Shown one piece after another: positions 1-11,950 of a DNA stretch of 64,000 bases (the first letter of the stretch is position 1; each line of letters starts with the position of its first letter). The notes under the pieces were generated by a model that saw only the letters and a program-made list of their open reading frames with translations, was not told where the DNA came from and ran no database searches. The translations under genes and the position numbers were made by a program. Source of the stretch: Mustelus asterias. Taxonomy: Eukaryota. Where the stretch lies: positions 56,420,001 to 56,484,000 of the forward strand of contig NC_135815.1 in the NCBI RefSeq assembly GCF_964213995.1. Direction: 5' to 3'.

Positions 1-631
1 AGATGGTTTTAATTATAATGGTTGATTAACATTTAGGATATTTGAAATGATTATGGCAAACTTTGTGTTGGATTGATCTTGGGTTAAGACTTCTTGTCGG
101 GTCATGACATAATTAGAATCACGAAAAGGATGATTCTGAAATTAGATACTGGGGAAGAAAAGAAGAGACAGAAGGATTCCTGAACCATGGGTGATGACAT
201 AATGACATCCATTTGAGAACTTTCCTCAAAGCCTTTTGAAACTAGCAGAGAATTAACCCTGTCTGTTAACAAATGAAGATTTTTTAAATGCAGGAGCTGG
301 GCCTTGCAAAATGTTAAAGTTTTGAATTGTCAGATGTGTTCAGACTAATTAACCCATTCTGCCCCCAAGCAGGATGGATCTTCGTGTTTTTGTTTTGCAG
401 GTAACTGAAAATAAAACAAGATTCGCAGTAGCTTCAAGACATTTGAGAATTTATTTATAGACCTTTAATAAAGCAGCAATTATCAGCCTGAATCAAAATC
501 TGGTAAAAGAGGGAGGGCATCTAGTAAGGAGTTACAAAAGATATAATGGGTAGGGAGTGCAAGGTTGTATTCACCACTATTGAACAATTTTTAGCAACAG
601 CACTGGCTTTAGGGGGCTGTCAGATAATGAT

Positions 632-1235
632 AGAACATAGAACATTACAGCGCTGTACAGGCCCTTCGGCCCTCGATGTTGCGCCGACCAGTGAAACCAA
701 TCTAAAGCCCATCTAACCTACACTATTCCAATATCATCCATATGTTTATCCAATGACCATTTAAATGCCCTTAATGTTGGCGAGTCCACTACTGCTGCAG
801 GCAGGGCATTCCACGCCCTTACTACTCTCTGAGTGAAGAATCTACCTCTGACATCTGTCCTATATCTATCACCCCTCAATTTAAAACTATGTCCCCTCGT
901 GCTAGCTATCACCATCCGAGGAAAAAGGCTCTCACTATCCACCCTATCTAATCCTCTGATCATCTTGTATGCCTCTATTAAGTCACCTCTTAACCTTCTT
1001 CTCTCTAACGAAAACAACCTCAAGTCCCTCAGCCTTTCCTCATAAGACCTTCCCACCATACCAGGCAACATCCTGGTAAATCTCCTCTGCACCCTTTCCA
1101 ATGTTTCCACATCCTTCCTATAATGTGGCGACCAGAACTGTACGCAATACTCCAAGTGCGGCCACACCAGAGTTTTGTACAGCTGCAACATGACCTCCTG
1201 GCTCCGAAACTCAATCCCTCTACCAATAAAAGCTA
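632..1235 (-). mobile_element. 5'-truncated CR1 LINE (ORF2 C-terminus and 3' tail)
   Basis: ORF 718..1191 LYKTLVWPHLEYCVQFWSP...FFTQRVVRAWNALP; tail repeat atagaac; AATGAT duplicated at 626-631 and 1236-1241. Confidence 0.92.
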
Positions 1236-1264
1236 AATGATGGGAATTATTACACTGTCATAGT

Positions 1265-1598
1265 AGCACGGTAGCACAGTGGTTAGCACTGCTGCTTCAC
1301 AGCTCCAGAGTCCTGGGTTCGATTCCCGGCTTGGGTCACTGTCTGTGTGGAGTTTGCACATTCTCCTCGTGTCTGCGTGGGTTTCCTCCGGGTGCTCCGG
1401 TTTCTTCCCACAGTCCAAAGATGTGCAGGTTAGGTTGATTGGCCATGCTAAAAATTGCCCTTAGTGTCGTGGGATGTGTAGGTTAGAGGGATTAGTGGGT
1501 AAATATGTAGGGATATGGGGGTAGGGCCTGGGTGGGATTGTGGTCGGTGCAGACTCGATGGACCAAATGGCCTCTTTCTGTACTGTAGGGTTTCTATG
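1265..1598 (+). mobile_element. tRNA-derived V-SINE (HE1-like)
   Basis: A box GGTAGCACAGTGG, B box GGTTCGATTCC, CR1-like 3' tail; ATAGT on both sides; near-identical copy at 18562. Confidence 0.88.
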
Positions 1599-4074
1599 AT
1601 AGTGACCCAACAGCATTCTAGTTGGATTGTGTGGTGTGGATGTTCAAAGTTAGTGAACCAATCACAATGCTGGGAGAAGTGGCTCTTTACACAGAGCCAA
1701 TTTGAATATGGGGAGGTTGAAAACTGTATCAGATGTGAGTTGGCTCAATGGGAAAGCCTGCTCCTGCCAACAAACTGACAGATTATTATAGTTAGGGACG
1801 AGGGAAATAACCTAGTGGGATAAATGAACATTGAAGGAAAGGACCATGTATGGGATGTGCAGATGAGATGTGAGAAAGTGAACAGGGTAACAGAAGAGCT
1901 GTGATAGGGGAGGTGATAGTTGAACAGGGTAGGACAGATTTAAAGGTGGGATTCATTTGATGGATAATGAGAATGACAATGGTGATTTAAAAAATAGAGA
2001 CATTTAAAGGGATTCTAAGAGAAAAATAAAAAGAATAAAAACACAGTTTAGCTGTTAGCTATGGATGTAGAAACAGTTTTTTTTTAAAAGACGAGATATG
2101 ATAGGCATTAATAGACATTTGAAAGCCCACAACACTGTTGTTTGAATTTGGGACAATTCTGACATAGGAAAATGTACGGTTAGCAAGCTACCTTAAAAAT
2201 GATACTGTTTCAGACAAAGAACAAGCAGTCAAAATAGGTTACTGCCTGAAATCAAATGGAAAGGTTTGATTTCTGTTTTAAAGATGTTATGAAGCAAACT
2301 GAGTAGGATTAAGTAATTGAGACGATAGAGACTGGAATTTAAACAGCAAAAGGGAATTGGGATATTGAGTGCAATTCAATTAATTGGAATATTTCGACTT
2401 GGCACTGATGTATATTCTAACGAAAGGAAAGTATAGATGGGCTAGTAAATTGATAGCTTTCTCTTGGTGATATTTTTGTCCTTGTCTATGTTTTTAAGAG
2501 AGCAGAATTTGATACTCTGACTGCCACCCGAGGCATTTGGACCATATGTGGATAGATGGGCAAAGACTTCAAAATCTTTTGAAAAGATCGCCTGAGGGTC
2601 AAGATGTTAGCATAATATTGAGATACTGTATAAGTGTGCAGATGAGTTACATGTGAAGTAACTAATATGTAGGAAATCAGTCCACATTGGACCCATTTAA
2701 GGGTTTGGAAGAGCATGCAATTATACATTTAAGATCTCAGACAAGCACACCACTTGACAAACAACATGGCATGAATGGTTAATGGGACCAGGAGAGTCAA
2801 ACTCTTAAATAATCAAGGCACTGACACATACTCCATAGAGAAACTGATTTCAAAACAATTGGGACAAAATTCAAAAAGCAGTACCTGTCAAAAAAAGGCA
2901 AAATTAAAATGAAAGAGTAAATAATTTAGGTTTCAACAATTTAAGGGCCTAGTGGGACCGGAGTGCAGTGGCGATTCAAGAGGGAAGTAAAAAGGGCAGC
3001 CTGTTCATAACATCCTCTGAGATGATGGGACTCAGAGGTGAAAAAGACTCAGAGGGCAATTAGGGTATTAAAAGGATATATGATTCAAGTATTGGGTTTG
3101 TGGAAATATTTATTCAATGTCATGAAACCTGGCTTTGAAGGCCAGTATTGTCAAGAACTATGTAAACATGTGATAGATAAGACTTGATTATAGAGATATT
3201 AAATGTTACCGGCTTAATACCTGTGGATATCAAAAACCTACCCAATGTCCAAACATGGTGGAGCCTCCCCCAGATGGGTTAGTCAGGATTGGGAAAGCTA
3301 AAACCTGACTACATGATGTGACAATGGTATCTCTAGGGATAACTTACAATGTTTTGGGCCTATTAACAATATTACATTCAACATGCCACAATCATCCTAC
3401 TGCCATTAAATGGGCAGAGGTCCAACTGCAGAGCATCATTGATGATTATACTTTCAGAATTGCTTCTGAATCATGGATACGAGATAAAAGGAGTATTCTG
3501 GGAAATATGGGGGCATTGTTTGGGAATGCAAACTTGGCAGTTAATTAAGTACACTTGTCTGAACTGAATAGCTATTTGTCCTGGGTTGCCATGGAAGTTA
3601 GAAAGGGACTACAATATGGAGCCTATGGAGCCAAGTATGCACTTACTGCTGTTGACCTACAAGGTGAGGGACTCGTAGAAACATTTAGTCATGTAGCCAA
3701 AGGAACAAGCCATACCATTGACGTCCAAGTCAAAGGGCAGGCATGCAACAATCTTGCCAGAGATCTGATAGATGAGGTTAGGTCTGACATTGAAGATTTG
3801 AGATTTGGAACCATTCCTCAACATTCCTATATAAATGAAACTTTCTTAACATTCACTGGGACAGACATGAATTAGTAGTCACTCGACCAGGAGGAGATCC
3901 AGTGAAGGGGACTACAAAATTCATTATGGTGATACCATAGGAAAGTACGTCCAATGAAACCTTCAAGGATATCTATAGATTTGAATCATTAGGGATTGAA
4001 GAAGGAGGCTGGGTACACTGAGCCGGATCTAAAGGGTACATGACCCATAAGGAGGGCCTGACATATGTGAGCAT

Positions 4075-4148
4075 AGTAAGAAGTCTCACAACACCAGGTT
4101 AAAGTCCAACAGGTTTATTTGGTAGCACAAGCCACAAGCTTTCGGAGC
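4075..4148 (-). mobile_element. 74 nt Penelope 3'-terminal fragment
   Basis: Matches Penelope ends at 58358 and 38955; flanked by a 14 bp duplication ACATATGTGAGCAT (4061-4074, 4149-4162). Confidence 0.85.
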
Positions 4149-4184
4149 ACATATGTGAGCATGACAAAATGCTGTTCAGAATCA

Positions 4185-5492
4185 TGCTGTTCAGCAGCAT
4201 GGATTCATGAGGGGAAAGTCGTGCTTGACGAACATGTTGGATTTTTATGAAGATGTGACGAGGGCGGTTGATGGAGGAGAACCGGTGGATGCGGTGTTTT
4301 TGGATTTCCAAAAGGCGTTTGATAAGGTGCCCCATAAAAGGCTGCTGAAGAAGATTAGGGCACACGGAGTTGGGGGTAGTGTGTTAAAGTGGATTGGGGA
4401 CTGGCTATCCGACAGGAAGCAAAGAGTCGGAATAAATGGGTGTTTTTCTGGTTGGAGGAAGGTAACTAGTGGCGTGCCGCAGGGATCGGTACTCGGGCCG
4501 CAACTGTTTACCATTTATATAGATGATCTGGAGGAGGGGACGGAGTGTAGGGTAACGAAGTTTGCAGACGACACAAAGATAAGTGGAAAAGTGAATCGTG
4601 TGGAGGACGGAGAAGATCTGCAGAGAGATTTGGACAGGCTGAGTGAGTGGGCGAGGATATGGCAAATGGAGTATAACGTTGATAAATGCGAGGTTATACA
4701 CTTTGGAGGAAATAATAACAAATGGGATTACTATCTCAATGGAAACAAATTAAAACATGCTACCGTGCAAAGGGACCTGGGGGTCCTTGTGCATGAGACG
4801 CAAAAGCCCAGTCTGCAGGTACAACAGGTGATCAAGAAGGCAAATGGGATGTTGGCCTATATTGCGAGGGGGATAGAATATAAAAGCAGGGATGTCTTGA
4901 TGCACCTGTACAGGGCATTGGTGAGGCCGCAGCTGGAATACTGTGTGCAGTATTGGTCCCCTTATATGAGGAAGGATATATTGGCATTGGAGGGAGTGCA
5001 GAGAAGGTTCACCAGGTTGATACCGGAGATGAGGGGTTTGGATTATGAGGAGAGGCTGAGGAGATTGGGTTTGTACTCGTTGGAGTTTAGAAGGATGAGG
5101 GGGGATCTTATGGAGACTTATAAGATAATGCGGGGGCTGGATAGGGTGGAGGCGGAGAGATTCTTTCCACTTAGTAAGGAAGTTAAAACTAGAGGACACA
5201 GCCTCAAAATAAAGGGGGGTCGGTTTAAGACAGAGTTGAGGAGGAACTTCTTCTCCCAGAGGGTGGTGAATCTCTGGAATTCTCTGCCCACTGAGGTGGT
5301 GGAGGCTACCTCGCTGAATATGTTTAAAGCGCGGATGGATGGATTCCTGATCGGTAAGGGAATTAAGGGTTATGGGGATCAGGCGGGTAAGTGGTACTGA
5401 TCCACGTCAGATCAGCCATGATCTTATTGAATGGCGGGGCAGGCTCGAGGGGCTAGATGGCCTACTCCTGCTCCTATTTCTTATGTTCTTAT
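4185..5492 (+). mobile_element. Young 5'-truncated CR1 LINE with an open RT frame
   Basis: ORF 4207..5400 (397 aa) with LDFQKAFD, GVPQGSVLGP, FADD; tail (ttcttatg)2; GAATCA on both sides. Confidence 0.95.
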
Positions 5493-5574
5493 GAATCAGA
5501 ACATTACATAGCGTGTGCTTGTCAGACCCTCAAGCCTCCAGGGAACATCAGCAAGATAATTGCTGATATTTTAC

Positions 5575-6819
5575 ATAGAAGGTAGGAGCAGGAGGAGGCC
5601 ATTTGGCCCTTTGAGCCTGCTCCGCCATTCATTACGATCATGGCTGATCATCCAACTCAATAGCCTAATCCTGCTTTGATCCCATTTGCCCCAAGTGCTA
5701 TATCCAGCCACCTCTTGAATACATTCAATGTTTTGGCATCAACTACATCCTGTGGTAATGAATTCCACAGGTTCAACACTCTTTGGGTGAAGAAATGTCT
5801 CCTCACCTCCATCCTAAATGGTCTACCCTGAATCCTCTGACTGTGACTCCTGGTTCTGGACTCCCCCCACCATCAGGAACATCCTCCCTGCATCTATCCT
5901 GTCTCAACCTGTTAGAATTTTATAAGTGTTTATGAGATCTCTCTCCCGCCCCCCCCCCCCCCCCCCCGCCCCCCCTCCTCCTCATTCATCTGAATTCCAG
6001 CGAAAATAATCCTATAGTAGTCAATCTCTCTTCATACATCAGTCCCGCCATCCCCAGAATCAGCCTGGTAAACCTTCGCTGCACTCCCTCAAGAGCAAGA
6101 ACATCCTTCCTCAGAAAAAGAGACCAAAACTGCACATAATACTCTAGGTGTGGCTTCACCAAGGCTCTACATAGCTGCAACAACACATCCCTGCTCCTGT
6201 ACTCGAAACCTCTCACAATGAACGTCAACATGCCATTTACCTTCTTTACCGCGTGCTGCACCTGCATGCTTACCTTCAGTGACTGGTGCACAAGGACATC
6301 CAATTCCTGCTGCATACTTCCCTCTCCCAGTTTACAGCCATTCAGGTAGTAATCTGCCTTCTTGTTTTTGCTTCCAAAGTGAATAACCTCACACTTATCC
6401 AAATTATACTGCATCTGTCCAGGTCATTCTGAAGGGTCTCTGCATCCTTGTCACAGTTCACCCTCCCACCCAACTTGAAATCATCTGCAAACTTTGAGAT
6501 GTTACATTTTGTTCCCTCATCCAAATCACTAATATATATCGTGAATAGCAGGGGTCCCAGCACCGATCCCTGTGGCACCCCACTAGTTACTGCCTGCCAA
6601 TTTGAAAAGTACCCATTAATTCCTACTCTTTGTTTCCTCTCTGCCAACCAGTTTTCTATCCATCTCAATACACTTCCTCCAATCCCATGTGCTTTAATCT
6701 TGCACGATAATCTCTTGTCAAACGCTTTCTGAAAGTCCAAGTATACCACATCGATTGGTTCCCCCTTGTCAACTCTACGAGTTACACCTTCAAAGAACCC
6801 CAACAGATTTGTCAACAGA
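5575..6819 (-). mobile_element. Decayed CR1 LINE (RT and 3' end)
   Basis: ORFs 6342..6839 and 5986..6414 with GVPQGSVLGP, FADD, HLEYYVQFWS; TTTAC at both junctions. Confidence 0.92.
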
Positions 6820-7369
6820 TTTACCATTGAAGGAGGCACTTAAAGCAGTGCAGGTGGGCCCTACGCAGTGGTGCACTCTGGAAACGGAGATAATATTGGG
6901 AAGTTTACTTTGAGAAAGTAATCACAGTTTTTGACACTCATTGACTGTAGGAGGCTTGCCAGGAAATAACAGGTTACATGTTTGGAGCCTGATGGGATGA
7001 CTCGTTATACACTGATAAGACACCAAGGAAAGTGGTCGACAGGCTATGAGGGAGGCTATGGAAATTACCCATGAATATGTCAGGCACTCCAAGGAATAGA
7101 CCAATAAGGGATGTATTCAGGTGCACCTAGATACTCAGATTGCCACCAGATGGAAACAATCAGGAACACATTGGTGGGACACATTTGTTTCACGAATGTC
7201 AGGGAACTGCCTAACCAATTAGTGAGAAATCATCAAGATAGGGATGACCGTAAGGTCAGGGATAATGCTATTACGGGCCTCCCTAATATGCTGTTATCAA
7301 AGAAAATCGATTAAACTGCCAGCACTGGCAGTATCTCGCTATGCTCCTATGGTTCCCTGTAAGGAATAC

Positions 7370-8303
7370 AGTAGGAAGTTTCACAACACCAGGTTAAAGC
7401 CCAACGGGTTTATTTGGAATCACGAGCTTTCAGAGTGCTGTTCCTTCATCAGGAGGTTAATTCACAAATACAGCATATATAGGTAAAGATACAATTGCAA
7501 GCTAATTACAGATTGGAATGTGAAAAATGGTTGGAATGCGAGTCTTTACAGGTAATCAAGTCTTTGCAGTATGCATGGAGAGAGGACTAATCACAGGTTA
7601 AAGAGGTGTGAATTGCCTCAAGCCAGGACAGTTCGCAGGATTTTGCAAACCCGGGCAGCATGGTGGGGGTTACAAGTAGTGTGACATAAACCCAAGGTCC
7701 CGTTTGAGGCCGTCCTCATATGTGGGGAACTTGGCTATCAGTTTCTGCTCGGCGATTCTGCGCTGTCGTGTGTCCTGAAAGCCGCCTTGGAGAACACTTA
7801 ACCCGAAGGTCAGAGGCTGAATGTCTTTGACTGCTGAAGTGCTCCCTGACTGGAAGGGAAGACTCCTGCCTCACAATTGTTGTGTGGTGTCCATTCATCC
7901 ATTGTCATAGCGTCTGCACGGTCTCGCCAATGTACCACACCTTGGGACATCCTTTCCTGCAGCATATGCAATAGACAATGTTGGCTGACTCGCATGAGTA
8001 TGTACAGTGTACTTGGTGGGTGGTGTTCTCACATGCGATGCTGCTGTCCATGTCGATGATCCGACACGTCTTGCAGAGGTTGCTGTGGCAGGGTTGTGTG
8101 GTGTTGTGGTTGCTGTTCTCCTGAAGGCTGGGTAGTTTGCTGCGAACAATGGTCTATTTGAGGTCGGGCGGTTGTTTGAAGGCAAGTAGTGGGTGTGTGG
8201 GGAAGGCCTTGGTGAAATGTTCATTGTCATCGATGACATGTTGAAGGCTTCGCAGAAGATTTCTCCACTCCAGAGAAGTACTGGACGACGAAGGGTACTT
8301 TGA
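7370..8303 (-). mobile_element. Penelope-like element 3' part (GIY-YIG region, frameshifted)
   Basis: Homologous to 39810-40741; PLLAFKQPP motif in ORF 8154..8339; degenerate hammerhead at 7424-7452. Confidence 0.88.
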
Positions 8304-10428
8304 CGGTAAGCCGACTACCGTTACCGGACACCCCACCATTTTTTACCTACAATGGAGGAGACCGTGATGACATTAAACTTTATGGATACCCTCTCAGTGG
8401 AGGCACACAATATATTTCAATGGACACAGAAAGACCCTGTATTGGCGAAGGTAAAGCATCTGGTGCTAACAGGGCAGCTGGAAAGATCGGCCTATCCACA
8501 GTTCCAACCATACTGGAGCAGGAGGGAGCAGATCATGGTGGAAGACGGGATACTGCTGTGGGGAGCACGGGTCATCGTCCCAAGGCAGGGCAGTAGGGAT
8601 ATACTGGCCGAACTACACTATGGGCACCCTGGAGTATCAAAAATGAAGATGCTGGCCAGGAGCTACCTCTGGTGGCGTGGTCTGGACGCAGACATAGCGA
8701 AACTGGTAGGACAGTGCCAGAAGTGCCAACAGGGGCAGAAGGCACCACTGACAGCCCTGCTGCACCCGTGGGAGTGGCCAGGCAGACCATGGTTGCAACT
8801 CTATGTCAACTTTGCAGGCCCATTTATGGGGTCCATGTTTCTGGTGATAATAGATGCCCATTCCAAGTGGTTAGACATCTATAAACTAAACTTGGCAAAC
8901 ATGACGGCAACCGTTGAGAAACTGCGCACCTCGTTCACAACGCACAGGATCCCAGAGGTATTAGTTTCCAATAATGTTTCAGTGTTCACCAGCCTAGAGT
9001 TCACAAAACTAATTAAATCAAATGGGATCCGGCACATCAAGACAGCACCTTATCACTTGGCATCAAATGGGCTCGTGGAGAGAGCAGTCCAGACGTTAAA
9101 GGCCGGGTTGAAAAAACAACCAGCGGCCACATTAACGACAAAACTCTCAAGGTGGTTATTTGACTATAGGACCTCTCCACACACCACCTCGGGAGCTGCG
9201 CCAGCAGAGTACTGATGGGCAGTTGTCCCCGCACCACCTGTTTTTGCCAAACCTGGCAGGAAAGGTGGAAAGACACCAGGAAGCCCAATGCAGGGGCCAT
9301 AACAACACTCGCCGAGAGAGGCACTTTGAAGCGGGGGAGAGAGTTTGGGTCAGAAATTATGCAAATAGACCCACCTGGGTAACCAGAACAGTCGAGTCCA
9401 GGACCGGACCGGTATCCTATCGAGTACACATAGGCGAGGAAACACCTGGACCAGGTCCGGGCCTCAAGCCCTCTACCCGTTCCAGAGCCGAGTCCACCCT
9501 GCAGCCCTAGGGACAAGCAGAGTCCCCCAGTACCGCCTCCCCTGCACCCTTGATGGGGACCTCAGGGTCCGAAATGGACACAGGGGACGAAGCTGCAGCA
9601 ATTCCCCTACCACCTGAAGTGGACGAGGAAGCAGACCTCCGGCATTCGCAGCGGAAGAGACGGGCGTCCAACTGTTACACACTGCCAACATCAGAGACCG
9701 AGTTGGGGGATCCTGACCCCGCGCTCGAGCGAAGGAAAAGACCCCTGAGGGAAGCAAACCGAGGGGATTCCTCAGACTTTGGGGTAGAAGAGTGTGATGA
9801 CTTGAGCCAGGCTAATGAGGTTGGCTTGCTAGAGTATGAACTACATGATGAGTCTTTCCCACTGGGCACCGCAGGGGCTGGGGTGTATTATCGACCCTGA
9901 TAATCACCTTTTGGTTTGATGTTTTAAGTTTCCTTTCGACTTTGTTTTTGGTTCGGGCTGTTCCCCCTTCCTTTTGGGGAGCTGCCCCTTTTAATTTGTC
10001 CCTAAGTTAATTTGAGTTTGTTTACTTGGTTGGTGTCAAAAGACATACCTGATGAATCTTTCCCACTGGACACCGCAGGGGCTGGGGCGTATTATCGACC
10101 CTGATAATCACCTTTTGGTTTGATGTTTTAAGTTTCCTTTCGACTTTGTTTTTGGTTCGGGCTGTTCCCCCTTCCTTTTGGGGAGCTGCCCCTTTTACTT
10201 TGTCCCTAAGTTAATTTGAGTTAGTTTATTTGGTTGGTGTGAAAAGACATACCCGATGAGACCTAATTGATGGTTAAATCAAGGAGCCTCATGCTCCCTA
10301 TTTAAAGCAGGTGTGTCAGACACCCGGCCTGCATTCAGCAGGGAGCAACTGGAGCTGGCTGTGTACAGATGTATGATGTAAATAAAGTAACTTGGTGACG
10401 GGACTTTCGCCTCCGTGGAGTTATTACA
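8304..10428 (+). mobile_element. Gypsy LTR retrotransposon 3' part: integrase, PPT and 3' LTR (9793-10428)
   Basis: ORF 8352..9215 with HHCC zinc finger (LHYGHPG...CQKC), APYHLASNGLVERAV; purine tract before TGTGATGAC; LTR ends TTATTACA and contains AATAAA. Confidence 0.9.
9853..10247 (+). mobile_element. Tandem dimer (204 bp period) of a Tx1-like non-LTR retrotransposon 3' end inside the Gypsy LTR
   Basis: Units 9853-10043 and 10057-10247; unit 1 encodes HWAPQGLGCIIDPDNHLLV* followed by a T-rich UTR ending AAAAGA. Confidence 0.65.
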
Positions 10429-10651
10429 TGTACCACCATGTTTAAACTTTTCAAATACCTCTATGACATAATCAACCATGCTAAATTGCTCCTTAGTATC
10501 CAAAGATGTTCAGGTTAGATGAATTGGCTATGCTAAATTACCCCTTAGTGTCCAAAGATGTGTAGAGCTGGCTGTGTACAGATGTATGGTGTAAATAAAG
10601 TAACTTGGTGACAGGACCTTCGCCTCCGTGGAGCTATTACAACCGGATAGC

Positions 10652-11048
10652 TCAAAGCACTTTTACAGCCAATGAAATACTTTTTGAAGTGTGGTCATTT
10701 TTGTAATGTAGGAAACAAGGCAACCAATTTTGTGCACAGTAAGTTCTCGCAAACAGCACTGTGATAATGATCTGTTTCAGTGATATTGATTGAGGGATAA
10801 ATATTGGGTTGGGGACCATGATAACTCTTCTGCTCTTCAAAATAATGCAATTTGACATTTTATGTTTACCTGATAGGGCAAACAGGGCCTCAGTTTAATG
10901 GATCATTTGAAAAACAGTCTCTGACATGCAGCATTCCCTCAATACTGCTCAGGTAAATCAACCTTGATTTTTGTGCTCAAGTCTGGGAGCAGGATTTGAG
11001 CTCACAACCTTCTGATTCAGAGGCAAGACCAACTTAGTCACAGCTGAC
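10652..11048 (-). mobile_element. Deu-domain SINE (SacSINE1/AmnSINE-type)
   Basis: tRNA-like head on the minus strand near 11048 plus a body recognised as the Deu domain (gagggataaatattgg, acagccaatgaa); related copies at 26930 and 47185. Confidence 0.7.
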
Positions 11049-11257
11049 ATTTTGTTAATAACCTATTTTACTCACTTTTTTACACCTGAGTAATGAATTT
11101 GGTAATTGTTTAATTTTGATAGTATGTCACATCTAATAAAATTAGAGGGAAAATTGAGGGAAACAAAAATACATCAGGTTATCTTATTCTTGATTACTCT
11201 AGAATTGAAATTGTTATATTTATTTGCTAGAAAAGCTTTTCTTAACACTTTTTGCAG

Positions 11258-11331
11258 CTGTTGAGAAGTCAAGTTACAAGATCACAGCATCATACATTCA
11301 AATATCGAATGAAAAAATATACGATTTATTA
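11258..11331 (+). CDS. Kinesin-like gene exon: VEKSSYKITASYIQISNEKIYDLL
   Basis: ttttgcag acceptor, gtaagt donor; matches kinesin SYxEIYNExIYDLL; phase 1 to 0. Confidence 0.9.
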
Positions 11332-11559
11332 GTAAGTGTACCATCATTTGACAATTTTTTAAAAAACAAAAGTAGCTGAATGGAATTTAAAGTTTGAACA
11401 GAATTATTCATAAAGATATACTGATTTTACTATTTCATAATAGTAGCTCAACGCAATAATATTGTTGAAATTTGTAATTTTTTTCTAACCTGATTTACTA
11501 TTTCATGCATATGACAAGTCTTTTGCACCAACAAATCTAGCGAGAAGCAGGTAACTTAC

Positions 11560-11950
11560 AGTTGTAAGGATGTTTGGGATCTCACCAAGAGGTCCAGTGG
11601 CTTGTATGGTTAAACATAAACTGCTTATTGGTGACCCATAAGTATAAACATACCGAAGGTATTTCCATGCATAAGTGCAGTTTCCATGCTGGCTCCTTCC
11701 AGACTCTTCTCCACACAGTCTACTATCATGTAATTCTTTGTGGGCAGTACGCCAGTCCTACATATAAACCCTTGATCTACTGAGCACTTATATACTGCAC
11801 CTGCCCCATGTCAACCTCCCTGCCCCCCCAATCCTCACCCCTATCCCCCTGACCCCTTCAGACCCCTGCCACCCTTCAAGTCTCTGACTTTATAAATCAG
11901 TCTGGAGGCTTAACAATTCGTCCAGATCTCATTCTTGTCATGTTTGGAGG
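11560..11950 (-). mobile_element. Gypsy-type pol tail, polypurine tract and LTR
   Basis: Minus strand reads MTRMRSGRIVKPPD*, then a G-rich tract (11815-11875) and a ~255 bp LTR-like block with TATATAA and AATAAG. Confidence 0.6.

Larger units (their letters stand above)
3190..7365 (+). pseudogene. Decayed class I fusion glycoprotein (env-like) of an LTR retroelement/ERV, split by three insertions
   Basis: RDKR furin site followed by SILGNMGALFGNAN; helical region; Cys-rich segments; HWWDTF at 7169-7186; hydrophobic segment before CCYQRK; frame restored across each of the three insertion sites. Confidence 0.7.

Noticed and set aside
1265-1335. tRNA gene
   Set aside because: tRNA-derived SINE head continuing into a SINE body that is repeated many times in the window
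4245-5199. Antisense ORFs over CR1 RT regions (also 6448, 62850)
   Set aside because: Recurrent shadow frames of CR1 ORF2 with no independent evidence
1-11257. Kinesin P-loop exon
   Set aside because: No GxxxxGKT or GIIPR-type exon found; presumably upstream of the window
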